A DNA stretch of 61,619 bases from a virus (Duplodnaviria > Caudoviricetes). Below the pieces are notes generated by a model. It did not search any database. It was not told where the DNA came from and was given only the letters and a program-made list of their open reading frames with translations. This document shows positions 1 through 10,068 of this stretch, one piece after another; position 1 is the stretch's first letter; each line of letters starts with the position of its first letter. The stretch covers positions 1 through 61,619 of IMG/VR virus record IMGVR_UViG_3300007541_006356; one strand, written 5' to 3'. Both the position numbers and the translations under genes were made by a program.

Positions 1-1
1 A

Positions 2-1447
2 CCCGAAAAAAAAATAAAGGGTAAAGTTAAAAATGTAATTGAGTCTATAAAATTTGAAGGTAAGGTTTACGATGTAGAAACAAGTAAAGGTTTAATTGTG
101 TTGACCCCTCTTGATGATTATATTTTAGAGTCGGAACACAATAAAGAGTTCTTAAAAAAATACTCAAAATCGTTGGTTAAAGCTAGATTTGAAAAACCGG
201 GAAACTGGTTAACCCCTTCTAAAATATTCATATTGCACATAACTCCCATGGGTACTATTGTCGATATGAGACGTAGTTCAAACATATCACCAACCGAACT
301 TCCATTTGAAGTGGAAGATAAGGTAACCATGGGTGATTTATATGATTTTGAAAGAAATTCAGAATATGACTTATCAGTTAATGGGAAAATTAACGAATCA
401 CTTAAATTGGTCAAAGAACAAGATGAGGACGAAGAAGATGAAGACCGTGTTTTAGATCCTGAAAAATATGAATTTTTTAATTTTCCAACTGGGTGGGACG
501 ACGAGAGTATTGATGAGGTAATGTCAGAAATACCAAGTATATTCACTGTTGAAGCTTTATTTAGAATTTGGGGTAAAATGGGTTTTGATTTTTCACATTT
601 AAAACTTATAGACTTACCTGATACGACAGCGATTAGACTAATTCTATTGAAGAAGTACATGGAAAGTACCAATAACCCTATACCGGTTGAATTTACGTTC
701 AAATGTAGTCACTTGTCTGAATTATTTAAAGAATATAGAAATTATGACACAAGTTTTGTCAAAAAATTTCTTTGTAGTGAAGATCCTTTCGATAACGAAT
801 GGTGGTACACTTTTGACTATCAAGATGATATGTTGGATATGGTGGACGCCAAAAACATGGAAACAATATCTAAAATTTTAGGTGTTGAAAATTCAAATGA
901 AAAGGAAAGAAATACAATAATAACTAACATATTGGATGAAGATCCTACAGATGAATACGAAAGTGAGATTATTGACAGTAAGGGGGATATTATAGATGAG
1001 ATTAAAGACAAAATAGTTCGTTCATATAGTATCGAATATGAGGACGCGGTTAAAAGGAACATGTATGACCACGTTATTGATTCACTTAAGAGTCATTTAT
1101 GGGGTGGTGAATTAATTCGAAACAGTTACGATGGTAAATATTCATACACAATGAAGGGAGATTTACGTGATTTTATAAGTGTGGATGATTGGGATGATGA
1201 GGATTATTTCCAAAACCACCCAGACTATTTAGGATCTATTTCCGAAACAATACTGAATTGGTCAAGATCGTATGTAAACCCAAATGAAATCTTTCTTGAG
1301 ATATTTTTAAATGATAAAGTTTTTAAGGGTGACTCGTCTGATGGTATTGAAATTAGTTACATATATCTAGAAGGTACACATTATCCAAAATTAAATAGTA
1401 AATATTTCAATGACATGTTGTCAGATGATTTATACGAACTAACTTGA
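2..1447 (+). CDS. Acidic hypothetical phage protein, 5'-truncated by the window edge
   Basis: The frame of the 98..1447 ORF is open back to position 2 (PEKKIKGKVKNVIESIKFEGKVYDVETSKGLIV...). No recognisable family motif. Confidence 0.7.
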   Translation, partial: PEKKIKGKVKNVIESIKFEGKVYDVETSKGLIVLTPLDDYILESEHNKEFLKKYSKSLVKARFEKPGNWLTPSKIFILHITPMGTIVDMRRSSNISPTELPFEVEDKVTMGDLYDFERNSEYDLSVNGKINESLKLVKEQDEDEEDEDRVLDPEKYEFFNFPTGWDDESIDEVMSEIPSIFTVEALFRIWGKMGFDFSHLKLIDLPDTTAIRLILLKKYMESTNNPIPVEFTFKCSHLSELFKEYRNYDTSFVKKFLCSEDPFDNEWWYTFDYQDDMLDMVDAKNMETISKILGVENSNEKERNTIITNILDEDPTDEYESEIIDSKGDIIDEIKDKIVRSYSIEYEDAVKRNMYDHVIDSLKSHLWGGELIRNSYDGKYSYTMKGDLRDFISVDDWDDEDYFQNHPDYLGSISETILNWSRSYVNPNEIFLEIFLNDKVFKGDSSDGIEISYIYLEGTHYPKLNSKYFNDMLSDDLYELT

Positions 1448-1966
1448 AAAATCCTGATACAGTAAACTTGGTTGTATTCCAAAATTATTCTGATATTTAC
1501 CACTATTGTAGGGTAGGTATTCACCTTCTATTGTGTGAAAGTATATTTGACAAATTTCCACTTCGGGATAAATAATTAACGGTTGGACAACAAATATCTC
1601 CAACGTCCAATAACCATTAAAACCTACATCTCCAAATCCTGCGGTCACATGGACAAACATACCTAAACGACCTATACTACTTCTACCCTCCAGCATTGGG
1701 ACATAGGTGTCAGTTTTTGTATGTTCTACCGTCCTACCCAAATAGAGTTTACCAGGTTCCAAAAGTAAACCACTTTCAGGTATGATGAGTTCCTTGGTTG
1801 GATTTAATTTTTTCATATCCAAAGGTGACTCATCATACACCAAAAGTTTATTGTGTAACCTCAAATTATAACTGTTTGGGTTAAGTTGTTTTGAGTTATA
1901 GGGTGTAATTTGTATATCACACCCCAAACGTTTTTCAATTTCTAAACCACTTAAAATCATAATCAA
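1439..1966 (-). CDS. dcd: dCTP deaminase
   Basis: MILSG..I start, QLNPNSYNLRL, EGRSSIGRLG, AGFGDVGFNGYWTLEI, ICQIYF and YNSGKYQ motifs. Confidence 0.93.
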   Translation of the reverse strand: MIMILSGLEIEKRLGCDIQITPYNSKQLNPNSYNLRLHNKLLVYDESPLDMKKLNPTKELIIPESGLLLEPGKLYLGRTVEHTKTDTYVPMLEGRSSIGRLGMFVHVTAGFGDVGFNGYWTLEIFVVQPLIIYPEVEICQIYFHTIEGEYLPYNSGKYQNNFGIQPSLLYQDFSS

Positions 1967-2787
1967 TAATAACGTAGTTGTTGTCGTTCAACTTTATAGG
2001 TGTATTTGTTTTCACCCAATTCGTCAATCACCTTAACACCAAGATTTATCGCGTTTTGAACGTCTTCCAAAATTACGTACTCACGTTTACTATGCCAACC
2101 ATAATAACCCGCAGCGAAGTTAAGACAACTAAAGTCAAACTTCTCCTTCAAAATCATAGTGTCAGTGTAAGGGTGGTGTTTCCATTTATCAATGCCGTGT
2201 TCCAATATCAAATCTTTACACTTATTAATAAATTCACCATTTTCCTCGTAAAGTTTTAACCCCATAAGTGTTTGGCTCATAGTGTCATTTTCTGTTGAGT
2301 CAAATTGTATCGCGTAACCCACGTTTTTAAAGAATTCGGGATTAGCGTTACGACTACCGTGACAACCAGTTTCTTCAGCGACAGGAAAGAAAGCTTTTAT
2401 ATTGTCAAACCTATCTAAAAGTTCCAAACAAATAAATACCCCTGCTTTGTCGTCACCACCTATACCAGTTCTATTTCCATTACTGTCTATCGCGACAAAT
2501 GATAATTTTTCTTCCTTTTTTGTGTTAGGTAACATCATTTCTTCCACAGTATACTCCTCAATGGGGTGTACCGAGTCTAAATGTGCTACGACACATGGAT
2601 AAAATTCACATTCACCTTTAGTGACATAAATTGAACCCAAGTCGTCAAATTCATATTTGTACCCACGTTCGTCAAGTTGATTACAAATGTGTTCTATCAA
2701 CATTTGTTCTTGCCATGTGTACGTGGGTACTGACAATAAATTTTTTAACCTATGATAACTATCAATTTCTAACATATACTTTTTCAT
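1963..2787 (-). CDS. Zinc metallopeptidase, M20/M28/M42-like
   Basis: Metal-ligand motifs VAHLDSVH, GGDDKAGV, AEETGCHGS, QFD and C-terminal YYGWHS. Confidence 0.8.
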   Translation of the reverse strand: MKKYMLEIDSYHRLKNLLSVPTYTWQEQMLIEHICNQLDERGYKYEFDDLGSIYVTKGECEFYPCVVAHLDSVHPIEEYTVEEMMLPNTKKEEKLSFVAIDSNGNRTGIGGDDKAGVFICLELLDRFDNIKAFFPVAEETGCHGSRNANPEFFKNVGYAIQFDSTENDTMSQTLMGLKLYEENGEFINKCKDLILEHGIDKWKHHPYTDTMILKEKFDFSCLNFAAGYYGWHSKREYVILEDVQNAINLGVKVIDELGENKYTYKVERQQLRYY

Positions 2788-2833
2788 TAAGTGGTAAAAT
2801 TACAACTTTTAAACCACATAACCAAATATTTTT

Positions 2834-4855
2834 TTAAGAAATTTTCATCTTTTCGGTTTTTTTATTGTAACTCATAGTATATTCCTGATTTTCTATGACG
2901 GTACCTCTTAGTATCTCTTCTGAAATGAAATCTTCAATTTCAGACTGTATAGATCGTTTCATTGGTCTCGCACCGAATTTATCGTTGTAACCAATTTCTA
3001 CAATGTGAGATGTGATTGAAGGTCCGAATTTGAATAGGTAGTTTTTACTTTTAAGTCTATTTGTTAACAAATCCAATTCAACTTTTACTATTTCTTTTAA
3101 GTCTTCTTCGTTAAGTCGTTTAAAGAAAATTATATCATCCAAACGGTTTATAAATTCTGGGTTAAAGGTGTCTTTTAACGCTTTTGATATCATAGATCTA
3201 GCGTGTTCTTCAGAAGCTTGACTTTTCGCTTTAGTAGAGAATCCAACACCATTTCCAAAGTCTTCTAACTGTCGTACACCAATATTAGATGTCATAATAA
3301 TAAGTGTGTTTTTAAAACTTACTTTTCTTCCCGACGCGTCAGTAATGTACCCATCATCTAAAATCTGTAACATAACATTAAAAATGTCTTTGTGTGCTTT
3401 TTCAATCTCATCGAATAGTACCAAAGAATATGGGTTATTTTTTACTTTCTCTGTAACTTGCCCACCCTCATTATACCCCACGTATCCTGGAGGTGAACCT
3501 ATTAGTCTGGATATTGAATGTTTCTCTTGGTATTCTGACATATCTATACGAATCATAGAATCTTCACTACCAAATACTTCTTTAGATAAACGTTTCGCTA
3601 AATGTGTCTTACCCACCCCAGTTGGACCCAAAAATATAAAAGATCCTATAGGTTTTGATGTGTCACGGATACCTACACTATTACGTCTAATCGCTTTAGA
3701 TATTTTTTCAATCGCTTCACTTTGGCCTATAACCTTTTCCGATAATTTGTTTTCTAGATTGAGGAGTTGTTTCTTTTCGTCTTTATTTAACCTGTTTAGT
3801 GGTATTTTGGTAGACTTAGATACTACGTCATATACATCATCTTCTGACACTTCTGGTCTCTGAATTTCCAAATCTTCTTCCCACTTGTGTTTTAGAGCTT
3901 CCAATCTATTCACTAATTTTCTTTCAGTATCCCTAATTTCTGCCGCTTTTTCATAGTCTTGACTTTCAACTACTCTACGTTTTTCTATTTTAATTTCTGA
4001 AATTTCTTTCTTTAGATCCTCAATAACTTTAGGGTATTTAATTTCCAATTGAACTTTAGCTCCGACTTCATCCATAATATCGATAGCTTTGTCGGGAAAT
4101 TCTCTGTTGGTAATATATCTTTCAGCTAACATTACACACAGATTCAAACTCTCATCAGTGTATTTAACTTTGTGGTGATGTTCGTATTTACCTTTAATGT
4201 TATTTAATATTTGTAGAGTTTGTTCTGGGGTTGTTGGTTCAACAAATACTTTTTGGAATCTTCTGTCTAACGCACCGTCCTTTTCTATTTTCTCTCTATA
4301 CTCATCCAAAGTTGTAGCACCAACACATTGTACCTCACCTCTAGCTAAAGCTGGTTTGAATATGTTAGCGACATCTAAAGAACCACTAGAATTTCCAGTC
4401 CCAACAACAGTATGTATTTCATCAATAAAAACAATTATGTCTTTATTTTCACGTAATTCGTCCAAAATAGCTTTCATCCGTTCCTCAAACTGACCTCTAT
4501 ATTTTGTTCCAGCGACCAAAGATGTTAAATCCAATGAAATGATTCTTTTTTCCAATAAATTTCTTGGACACTCACCTTCATGAATCATCATAGCTAAACC
4601 CTCAACTATCGCGGTTTTACCACAACCTGGTTCACCAATTAATATAGGGTTGTTTTTCTTCCGTCTAGACAAAGTTTGAGCTATCCTTTTTATTTCCTCA
4701 CTTCTACCAATTACAGGATCTAATTCCCCTAAATCAGCTAACAATGTTAAATCCCTCGAAAAGTTATCCAACACTGGAGTTTTACTAACTGGTTTAGTCT
4801 CTCTGTCTCGTTTTCTTTTTGGCCCATTGTCTGGGGTTTCATCAATATTTGACAT
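2834..4855 (-). CDS. clpC: ClpC-like double AAA+ ATPase lacking the N-terminal Clp-repeat domain
   Basis: [22 protein letters not shown], short UVR-type middle domain ([11 protein letters not shown]), [32 protein letters not shown] loop, FGARPMKR. Confidence 0.9.
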   Translation of the reverse strand: MSNIDETPDNGPKRKRDRETKPVSKTPVLDNFSRDLTLLADLGELDPVIGRSEEIKRIAQTLSRRKKNNPILIGEPGCGKTAIVEGLAMMIHEGECPRNLLEKRIISLDLTSLVAGTKYRGQFEERMKAILDELRENKDIIVFIDEIHTVVGTGNSSGSLDVANIFKPALARGEVQCVGATTLDEYREKIEKDGALDRRFQKVFVEPTTPEQTLQILNNIKGKYEHHHKVKYTDESLNLCVMLAERYITNREFPDKAIDIMDEVGAKVQLEIKYPKVIEDLKKEISEIKIEKRRVVESQDYEKAAEIRDTERKLVNRLEALKHKWEEDLEIQRPEVSEDDVYDVVSKSTKIPLNRLNKDEKKQLLNLENKLSEKVIGQSEAIEKISKAIRRNSVGIRDTSKPIGSFIFLGPTGVGKTHLAKRLSKEVFGSEDSMIRIDMSEYQEKHSISRLIGSPPGYVGYNEGGQVTEKVKNNPYSLVLFDEIEKAHKDIFNVMLQILDDGYITDASGRKVSFKNTLIIMTSNIGVRQLEDFGNGVGFSTKAKSQASEEHARSMISKALKDTFNPEFINRLDDIIFFKRLNEEDLKEIVKVELDLLTNRLKSKNYLFKFGPSITSHIVEIGYNDKFGARPMKRSIQSEIEDFISEEILRGTVIENQEYTMSYNKKTEKMKIS

Positions 4856-4919
4856 AATTCTTTTAATATTTTAATAGAAATGTAATTTATTTGAATGTAA
4901 ACGTCAATACAAATTATTA

Positions 4920-4966
4920 ATGACATTTTGTCATACGTTAATTATGGTAAACTGACATTTTGTCAG
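4920..4966. promoter_or_regulatory. Two palindromic TGACA-TTT-TGTCA operator-like sites between divergent clpC and dnaK
   Basis: ATGACATTTTGTCAT at 4920-4934 and CTGACATTTTGTCAG at 4952-4966, 32 bp apart. Confidence 0.7.
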
Positions 4967-5017
4967 ATTATTTACTTTGGTACGGTATTCGTTAATATGG
5001 TGGTCAAAATAAATAAT

Positions 5018-5046
5018 TTGACTTTACACAATAAAATCAGTAAAAT
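5018..5046 (+). promoter_or_regulatory. Sigma70-like promoter candidate for dnaK
   Basis: TTGACT-N17-TAAAAT, 15 nt upstream of the dnaK ATG. The AT-rich background lowers specificity. Confidence 0.45.
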
Positions 5047-5061
5047 TAAAAACAAAAAACT

Positions 5062-6921
5062 ATGGGAAAAATAATTGGAATTGACCTCGGAACTACAAAT
5101 TCATGTGTAGCGGTAATTGAGGGTAACGAAACTAAAGTTATTGTTAATTCGGAAGGTAAACGAACCACACCGTCAATCGTATCTTATAGGGATGACGAAA
5201 GATTGGTTGGTGATACAGCTAAACGACAAATGGTAGTAAATTCCGAAAATACAGTATATTCAGTTAAAAGATTTATTGGATCTAAATTTAGTGAAATTAA
5301 AAATGAAGCTAAAAAAGTAACTTATACTGTCGTGGAAAACAAAAATGGGACAGTTGGTGTTAAAATTAACGACAGAGTATTTACACCACAAGAAATATCC
5401 GCGACTGTACTTCAAAACATTAAAAAAGCTGCTGAAGATTATTTAGGTCAAGAGGTTACTGGTGCGGTAATTACTGTACCAGCGTATTTCAACGATGAAC
5501 AACGACAAGCTACAAAAGAAGCTGGGGAAATCGCAGGTTTAAAGGTTGAGAGGATTATAAATGAACCTACCGCCGCCGCTTTAGCTTACGGTATGGATAA
5601 AAAAGATACCGATATGAAAATAGTAGTTTACGACTTGGGTGGTGGTACATTTGACGTATCTATACTAGAGTTGGGTGATGGTATTTTTGAAGTATTGTCA
5701 ACAAACGGTGACACCCACTTAGGTGGTGATAATTTTGACGAAGTTATTATTGATTGGATTGTTGATAACGCTAAAAAAGATATTGGAATTGACATTTCAA
5801 AAGATACTCAAGCTATGCAAAGAGTGAGAGAAGCAGCTGAAAAAGCTAAATGTGAATTGTCATCGTCACAACAAACAGACATTAATTTACCATACATTAC
5901 GATGACTGATTCAGGTCCTCAACACATTGTCACTAAATTAACGAGAAGTGAATTTGATAAATTAACTTCAGACTTGATTGACAGAACTTTAGAACCTTGT
6001 AGAAAAGCGATTAAAGACGCTGGAATTAAAAAAGAAGAAATTGATGAGGTTATTTTGGTTGGTGGATCTACACGTATTCCAGCGGTACAAAGAGCGGTTG
6101 AGGAATTTTTCGGTAAAAAACCATCCAAAGGTGTGAATCCAGATGAAGTAGTAGCGTTGGGTGCTGCGATACAAGGTGGTGTTATCGCTGGTGATGTGAC
6201 TGATGTTCTATTATTGGATGTTACCCCACTATCTTTGGGTATCGAGACTATGGGTGGTGTCATGACCCGTCTAATCGATTCAAACACGACAATACCAGTA
6301 TCTAAAAGTCAGGTATTCTCAACCGCGATGGATAACCAACCAGCGGTAGACATCCACGTATTACAGGGTGAAAGACCGATGGCGACGGATAACAGAACTT
6401 TGGGTAGATTTCAATTGACTGATTTACCACCAGCACCTAGAGGTGTACCCCAAATCGAAGTTACATTCGATATTGATGTTAATGGTATCATTAGTGTTTC
6501 AGCTAAAGACAAGGGTACTGGTAAAATTCAAAATATAAAAATAGAATCTGGTAGTTCTTTAAGTGAAGAAGAAATTAAAAGAATGAAAGATGAAGCTGAA
6601 AAATACGCGACCGAAGATAACAAACGAAAAGAAAAGGTTGAAAAATTAAATTCAGCTAACAGTTTAGTTTTCCAAACTGAAAAACAAATTAACGAGTTAT
6701 CAGATAAATTAGAAGATACCGATAAAAGTAGACTTGAAAATTGTCTAACAGAGTTAAAAGAAGTCATCCAAAATGAAGATTTGGAGGGTGTTGACGATTT
6801 AACTAATAAGTTAGAAAAGATTTGGGTTGAGGTGTCGACTAAGTTGTACGAAAATAACACGAATGTAGATGAGGGCGAAGCCTCACGAGACGCGGAGGAC
6901 GTAAAGTTCGAAGAAGTGTAA
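5062..6921 (+). CDS. dnaK: Hsp70 chaperone DnaK
   Basis: [67 protein letters not shown]-terminal EDVKFEEV. Confidence 0.98.
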   Translation: MGKIIGIDLGTTNSCVAVIEGNETKVIVNSEGKRTTPSIVSYRDDERLVGDTAKRQMVVNSENTVYSVKRFIGSKFSEIKNEAKKVTYTVVENKNGTVGVKINDRVFTPQEISATVLQNIKKAAEDYLGQEVTGAVITVPAYFNDEQRQATKEAGEIAGLKVERIINEPTAAALAYGMDKKDTDMKIVVYDLGGGTFDVSILELGDGIFEVLSTNGDTHLGGDNFDEVIIDWIVDNAKKDIGIDISKDTQAMQRVREAAEKAKCELSSSQQTDINLPYITMTDSGPQHIVTKLTRSEFDKLTSDLIDRTLEPCRKAIKDAGIKKEEIDEVILVGGSTRIPAVQRAVEEFFGKKPSKGVNPDEVVALGAAIQGGVIAGDVTDVLLLDVTPLSLGIETMGGVMTRLIDSNTTIPVSKSQVFSTAMDNQPAVDIHVLQGERPMATDNRTLGRFQLTDLPPAPRGVPQIEVTFDIDVNGIISVSAKDKGTGKIQNIKIESGSSLSEEEIKRMKDEAEKYATEDNKRKEKVEKLNSANSLVFQTEKQINELSDKLEDTDKSRLENCLTELKEVIQNEDLEGVDDLTNKLEKIWVEVSTKLYENNTNVDEGEASRDAEDVKFEEV

Positions 6922-6924
6922 AAC

Positions 6925-6957
6925 AAAAAACCCCTTGATTTTTCAGGGGTTTTTTTT
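6925..6957 (+). terminator. Intrinsic terminator after dnaK
   Basis: AAAAAACCCCTTGATTTTTCAGGGGTTTTTTTT: hairpin followed by a T-tract. Confidence 0.85.
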
Positions 6958-6976
6958 ATGGTTAAAAAAAAAGATT

Positions 6977-7219
6977 ATGGCGATAACAAAAGAGACTATA
7001 GATGGAACTAAGATTAAAAACGATTACCTATCATCTAACCTTAAAAGTTCAGAGTATGATACAAAAACTAAAGAACTCATAGTTGAATTTAAAAATGGTG
7101 TAAAATATTCATACTCTGATGTACCAATGGATGAGTTCACAAAGATGAGAATGGCGGAGAGTCAAGGATCTTATTTTTCTAAAAACATATCTAAAACTTA
7201 CACATTTAAGAAACTATAA
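6977..7219 (+). CDS. KTSC-domain protein
   Basis: SSNLKSSEYD....ELIVEFKNG..YSYSDVP........AESQGSYFSKNI pattern. ATG at 6977 chosen because the longer TTG start overlaps the terminator. Confidence 0.85.
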   Translation: MAITKETIDGTKIKNDYLSSNLKSSEYDTKTKELIVEFKNGVKYSYSDVPMDEFTKMRMAESQGSYFSKNISKTYTFKKL

Positions 7220-7242
7220 TACCTAAGATATATTTATTGGGT

Positions 7243-7974
7243 ATGAAAGCTAGTGAAATAATTAAAAGTTTCTCATTAAAAAATGAACTTAACCCCACAC
7301 TGTGGGACTATTCCGATACAGATAATCCAGTACTTAAAGATGAGGTACGTAAAACATTGTTGGACATTTCTAATAATTTTATAGATTTTGTCGGAGTCGA
7401 TGTTGATATTGATGATGTCACAATGACAGGATCTTTATCTAATTATAATTGGTCTGACTATTCAGATGTTGATTTACACATTTTAGTGGATATTAAGAAT
7501 TCTGAGATGAGTGACGTATTGAAAGAATTATTTTCAGCTAAACAATCCGTGTGGAACTCAATACATGATGTGACAATAAAAGGATATGACGTTGAAATTT
7601 ATGTTCAAGATTCCAATGAACCACATTATTCGACTGGGGTGTATTCTGTAATGTACGATGAGTGGTTAGAAAAACCCTTAAAGACTGATACTGTTTTAGA
7701 TGAGAAAAAAATAATGGACAAATCGAGCAGGTGGATGTCCATCATTGATAATATACAACAACAGTCATTCTTTAAACCATCTGACGACATTTTGAATAGT
7801 ATTGATAAAGTGAAAGATAAATTAAAAAAATTTAGACGTGCTGGTTTAGAAACTGAAGGTGAATTTTCTTATGAAAATTTAGCTTTTAAATTCCTAAGAA
7901 GGAATGGATATTTGAAAAAATTATCTGACCTGAAAAACAATATATTAGATAGTACATTATCTTTAGACCAGTAA
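7243..7974 (+). CDS. Nucleotidyltransferase, Pol-beta superfamily
   Basis: TGSLSNYNWSDYSDVDLHI (GS...DxD) plus a third acidic strand DVEIYVQD. Confidence 0.8.
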   Translation: MKASEIIKSFSLKNELNPTLWDYSDTDNPVLKDEVRKTLLDISNNFIDFVGVDVDIDDVTMTGSLSNYNWSDYSDVDLHILVDIKNSEMSDVLKELFSAKQSVWNSIHDVTIKGYDVEIYVQDSNEPHYSTGVYSVMYDEWLEKPLKTDTVLDEKKIMDKSSRWMSIIDNIQQQSFFKPSDDILNSIDKVKDKLKKFRRAGLETEGEFSYENLAFKFLRRNGYLKKLSDLKNNILDSTLSLDQ

Positions 7975-8022
7975 TTTTATTTTTTACTTTATTAAGAAGT
8001 ATTTATTGAATAAAGTACAAAT

Positions 8023-8418
8023 ATGCCACAAGGAGGGAGTTTCCCAAATATACCCGATACACCGATAGGTGGAGCTGAATTAGTAGCTTTAAAATCAATA
8101 CCATCATCACAAGGTGGTGTTAGTGATTGGTCGTGTTCTAAAATTATATCGACAGGTGCTTCGGGTAGTTTTTCATACGTATATTCCGCAGGTACACCAG
8201 AGGTAACCATATCAATAGGTTCAACCGGTAACTCATTGGATATGATAGTCGAACCCACTAGAGTAGTATCAGCTTCTGGTGTGTTATTTTTATGCAATAA
8301 ATGTAACTGTGACAGTCCAATGACGGGTACAGTAGCTTATATAAACACCGGTTATTACAGTAGTGCAAATACAGCGTTTTCACCAACAATTATTGGTGGT
8401 GGAGGATTAAATAATTAA
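8023..8418 (+). CDS. Small Gly/Ser/Thr-rich protein, probably virion-associated
   Basis: Clean ORF preceded by the TATTTAT motif (8000-8006); CNKCNC cluster. Confidence 0.6.
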   Translation: MPQGGSFPNIPDTPIGGAELVALKSIPSSQGGVSDWSCSKIISTGASGSFSYVYSAGTPEVTISIGSTGNSLDMIVEPTRVVSASGVLFLCNKCNCDSPMTGTVAYINTGYYSSANTAFSPTIIGGGGLNN

Positions 8419-8440
8419 TAGAAAATTAAAACTAATAGAT

Positions 8441-9661
8441 ATGTCAGATTTAAGACCAATTGGTTCAGAAAAACTTCAAGGTGAAGCTAAATTAAAAAGA
8501 ATTATGGAAATAGCTACCTATGGGGATGTGAAAAAAAATACGGAGTACCATACCCAAACAAATTCTTTCATAAAAGAAGCAGCTAATGGTGTTACTTACG
8601 CTATAGTCAAAGAAAAAGATGGATACTATGTTAAGTCTGGTATCAATGAGAGTTCTTTAGATTATGTCGATGGTTTACATAACAAAAACAAAAATAGGTT
8701 CAAAAGTTATTCTTCTGCTATGAGAAGACTAAATCTCATATTGAAACCAATAAATGAACAGTATAATAATGGTTTTGCTGACCCTTTATTTGAACAAGAA
8801 GAGACAGATGATGAAAAATTTGTTTTAAAAGTAGACGACGCGGAAGGTGGTGATGAAGAAATGGATCTAGATATGGATATGGACTTAGGTGGTGATGAAG
8901 AAATGGATCTAGATATGGATATGGACTTAGGTGGTGATGAAGAAATAGACTTAGGTACAGATACTGACTTAGGTGACGAATCAGACGCTGACGAGGGTAG
9001 ACCAACAATGAGATCTATACAAAAACTTACTGGTAAACTGGGTCAAAGATTAAGAGCTTTAGAAGATGATATGAAATCTGAAGATATTAAGTATGTTTTA
9101 AATTCAATAATATCAGCTGTCAATTTAGATAACCTTGACGAAGAAGACTTGGATGATGTTCTTTCTAGATTAGAACCAGAAGATGATTATGGTTTTGAGG
9201 ACACTTTCTCAGATGAAGAAGAATCTGACATGGGTGGTGAAGAAGAAGCTTTAGATATGGATTTCGGTGGTGAAGAAGAAGCTTTAGATATGGATTTCGG
9301 TGATGAAGAAGAAGCTTTAGATATGGATTTCGGTGATGAGGAAAGTGTGGACGAATTGTCAGAATCAATCAACCAAAAAGTGGAAAAAACATTAAAAAAA
9401 TACTTTAAGGAAAGTAACCACGAAAAAACAATTAACGAATCAAAAGCTAAAGAATACTTAAAAGAAACTAAAGAACTAAATAAAAAATTCACACAAATAA
9501 AAAAGTACTCAAACACTAATAAACAAAAATTTGTAGCTGAAAATTTAGTTAGAAAAAATAAGTCTTTAAATTTGATTGGTACAACTAAAAATGGTACTTT
9601 AGTGTTTGAAAACACTAATATTAAAGTTGGTGTGGACACAAAAGGTAACATTAAAAAATAA
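8441..9661 (+). CDS. Acidic low-complexity protein (putative head core/scaffold-like)
   Basis: 406 aa with D/E/M-rich tandem repeats and several L/I-x-E sites; lies in the operon leading to the terminase. Confidence 0.7.
   Translation: MSDLRPIGSEKLQGEAKLKRIMEIATYGDVKKNTEYHTQTNSFIKEAANGVTYAIVKEKDGYYVKSGINESSLDYVDGLHNKNKNRFKSYSSAMRRLNLILKPINEQYNNGFADPLFEQEETDDEKFVLKVDDAEGGDEEMDLDMDMDLGGDEEMDLDMDMDLGGDEEIDLGTDTDLGDESDADEGRPTMRSIQKLTGKLGQRLRALEDDMKSEDIKYVLNSIISAVNLDNLDEEDLDDVLSRLEPEDDYGFEDTFSDEEESDMGGEEEALDMDFGGEEEALDMDFGDEEEALDMDFGDEESVDELSESINQKVEKTLKKYFKESNHEKTINESKAKEYLKETKELNKKFTQIKKYSNTNKQKFVAENLVRKNKSLNLIGTTKNGTLVFENTNIKVGVDTKGNIKK
8846..8971 (+). repeat. 42-bp coding tandem repeat (GGDEEMDLDMDMDL x2 plus a diverged third copy)
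   Basis: GGTGGTGATGAAGAAATGGATCTAGATATGGATATGGACTTA at 8846 and 8888; diverged copy at 8930. Confidence 0.9.
9233..9343 (+). repeat. 33-bp coding tandem repeat (G[G/D]EEEALDMDF x3 plus partial)
   Basis: GGTG[G/A]TGAAGAAGAAGCTTTAGATATGGATTTC at 9233, 9266 and 9299. Confidence 0.9.
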
Positions 9662-10068
9662 TGTATCTAATCTTTGTCAATGAATTAGGTCCTAATTATA
9701 AGGGTGAAAATGTATATGAATTCATATTTTCAGACAAAGTGGACGAACTATGGGGTGAAGATTGGGATTCTGTACCAGCTCATGGTAACCCTGGACCACC
9801 TGAAATGGATTACATCAAAAGTGTTGGTGTACTAAATAAAAGTAAAATAAAAATGGAACTAGTCCAAAATTCTGATTATTTTGGTATGGAACACGCGTTA
9901 GATAGAGTCATAGCTTTAGGTTGGGAAGTTTTTCAAGACGATGATTTTTCTAACGATGAACGGTTAGTTTTTCATTTTGGTGACACACAAGAAGAAGTTA
10001 TGAATAAACTATACGCCAGAGACTTGGTATTAGAATTTGAAAAGAATTTTTTAAATGTTAAGAAATAA
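9661..10068 (+). CDS. Hypothetical phage protein
   Basis: 135-aa ORF translationally coupled to both neighbours. Confidence 0.75.
   Translation: MYLIFVNELGPNYKGENVYEFIFSDKVDELWGEDWDSVPAHGNPGPPEMDYIKSVGVLNKSKIKMELVQNSDYFGMEHALDRVIALGWEVFQDDDFSNDERLVFHFGDTQEEVMNKLYARDLVLEFEKNFLNVKK

Noticed and set aside
2-100. FEGKVYDVET as an intein C-terminal block
   Set aside because: No following His-Asn plus Cys/Ser/Thr splice junction.
5001-5023. CtsR box upstream of dnaK
   Set aside because: GTCAAA occurs as an inverted pair, whereas CtsR binds direct heptad repeats.
6935-6976. Longer N-terminus for the KTSC ORF
   Set aside because: It overlaps the dnaK terminator hairpin; ATG 6977 gives a typical KTSC protein.
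8846-9343. Tandem repeats as CRISPR arrays
   Set aside because: Head-to-tail coding repeats with no unique spacers.
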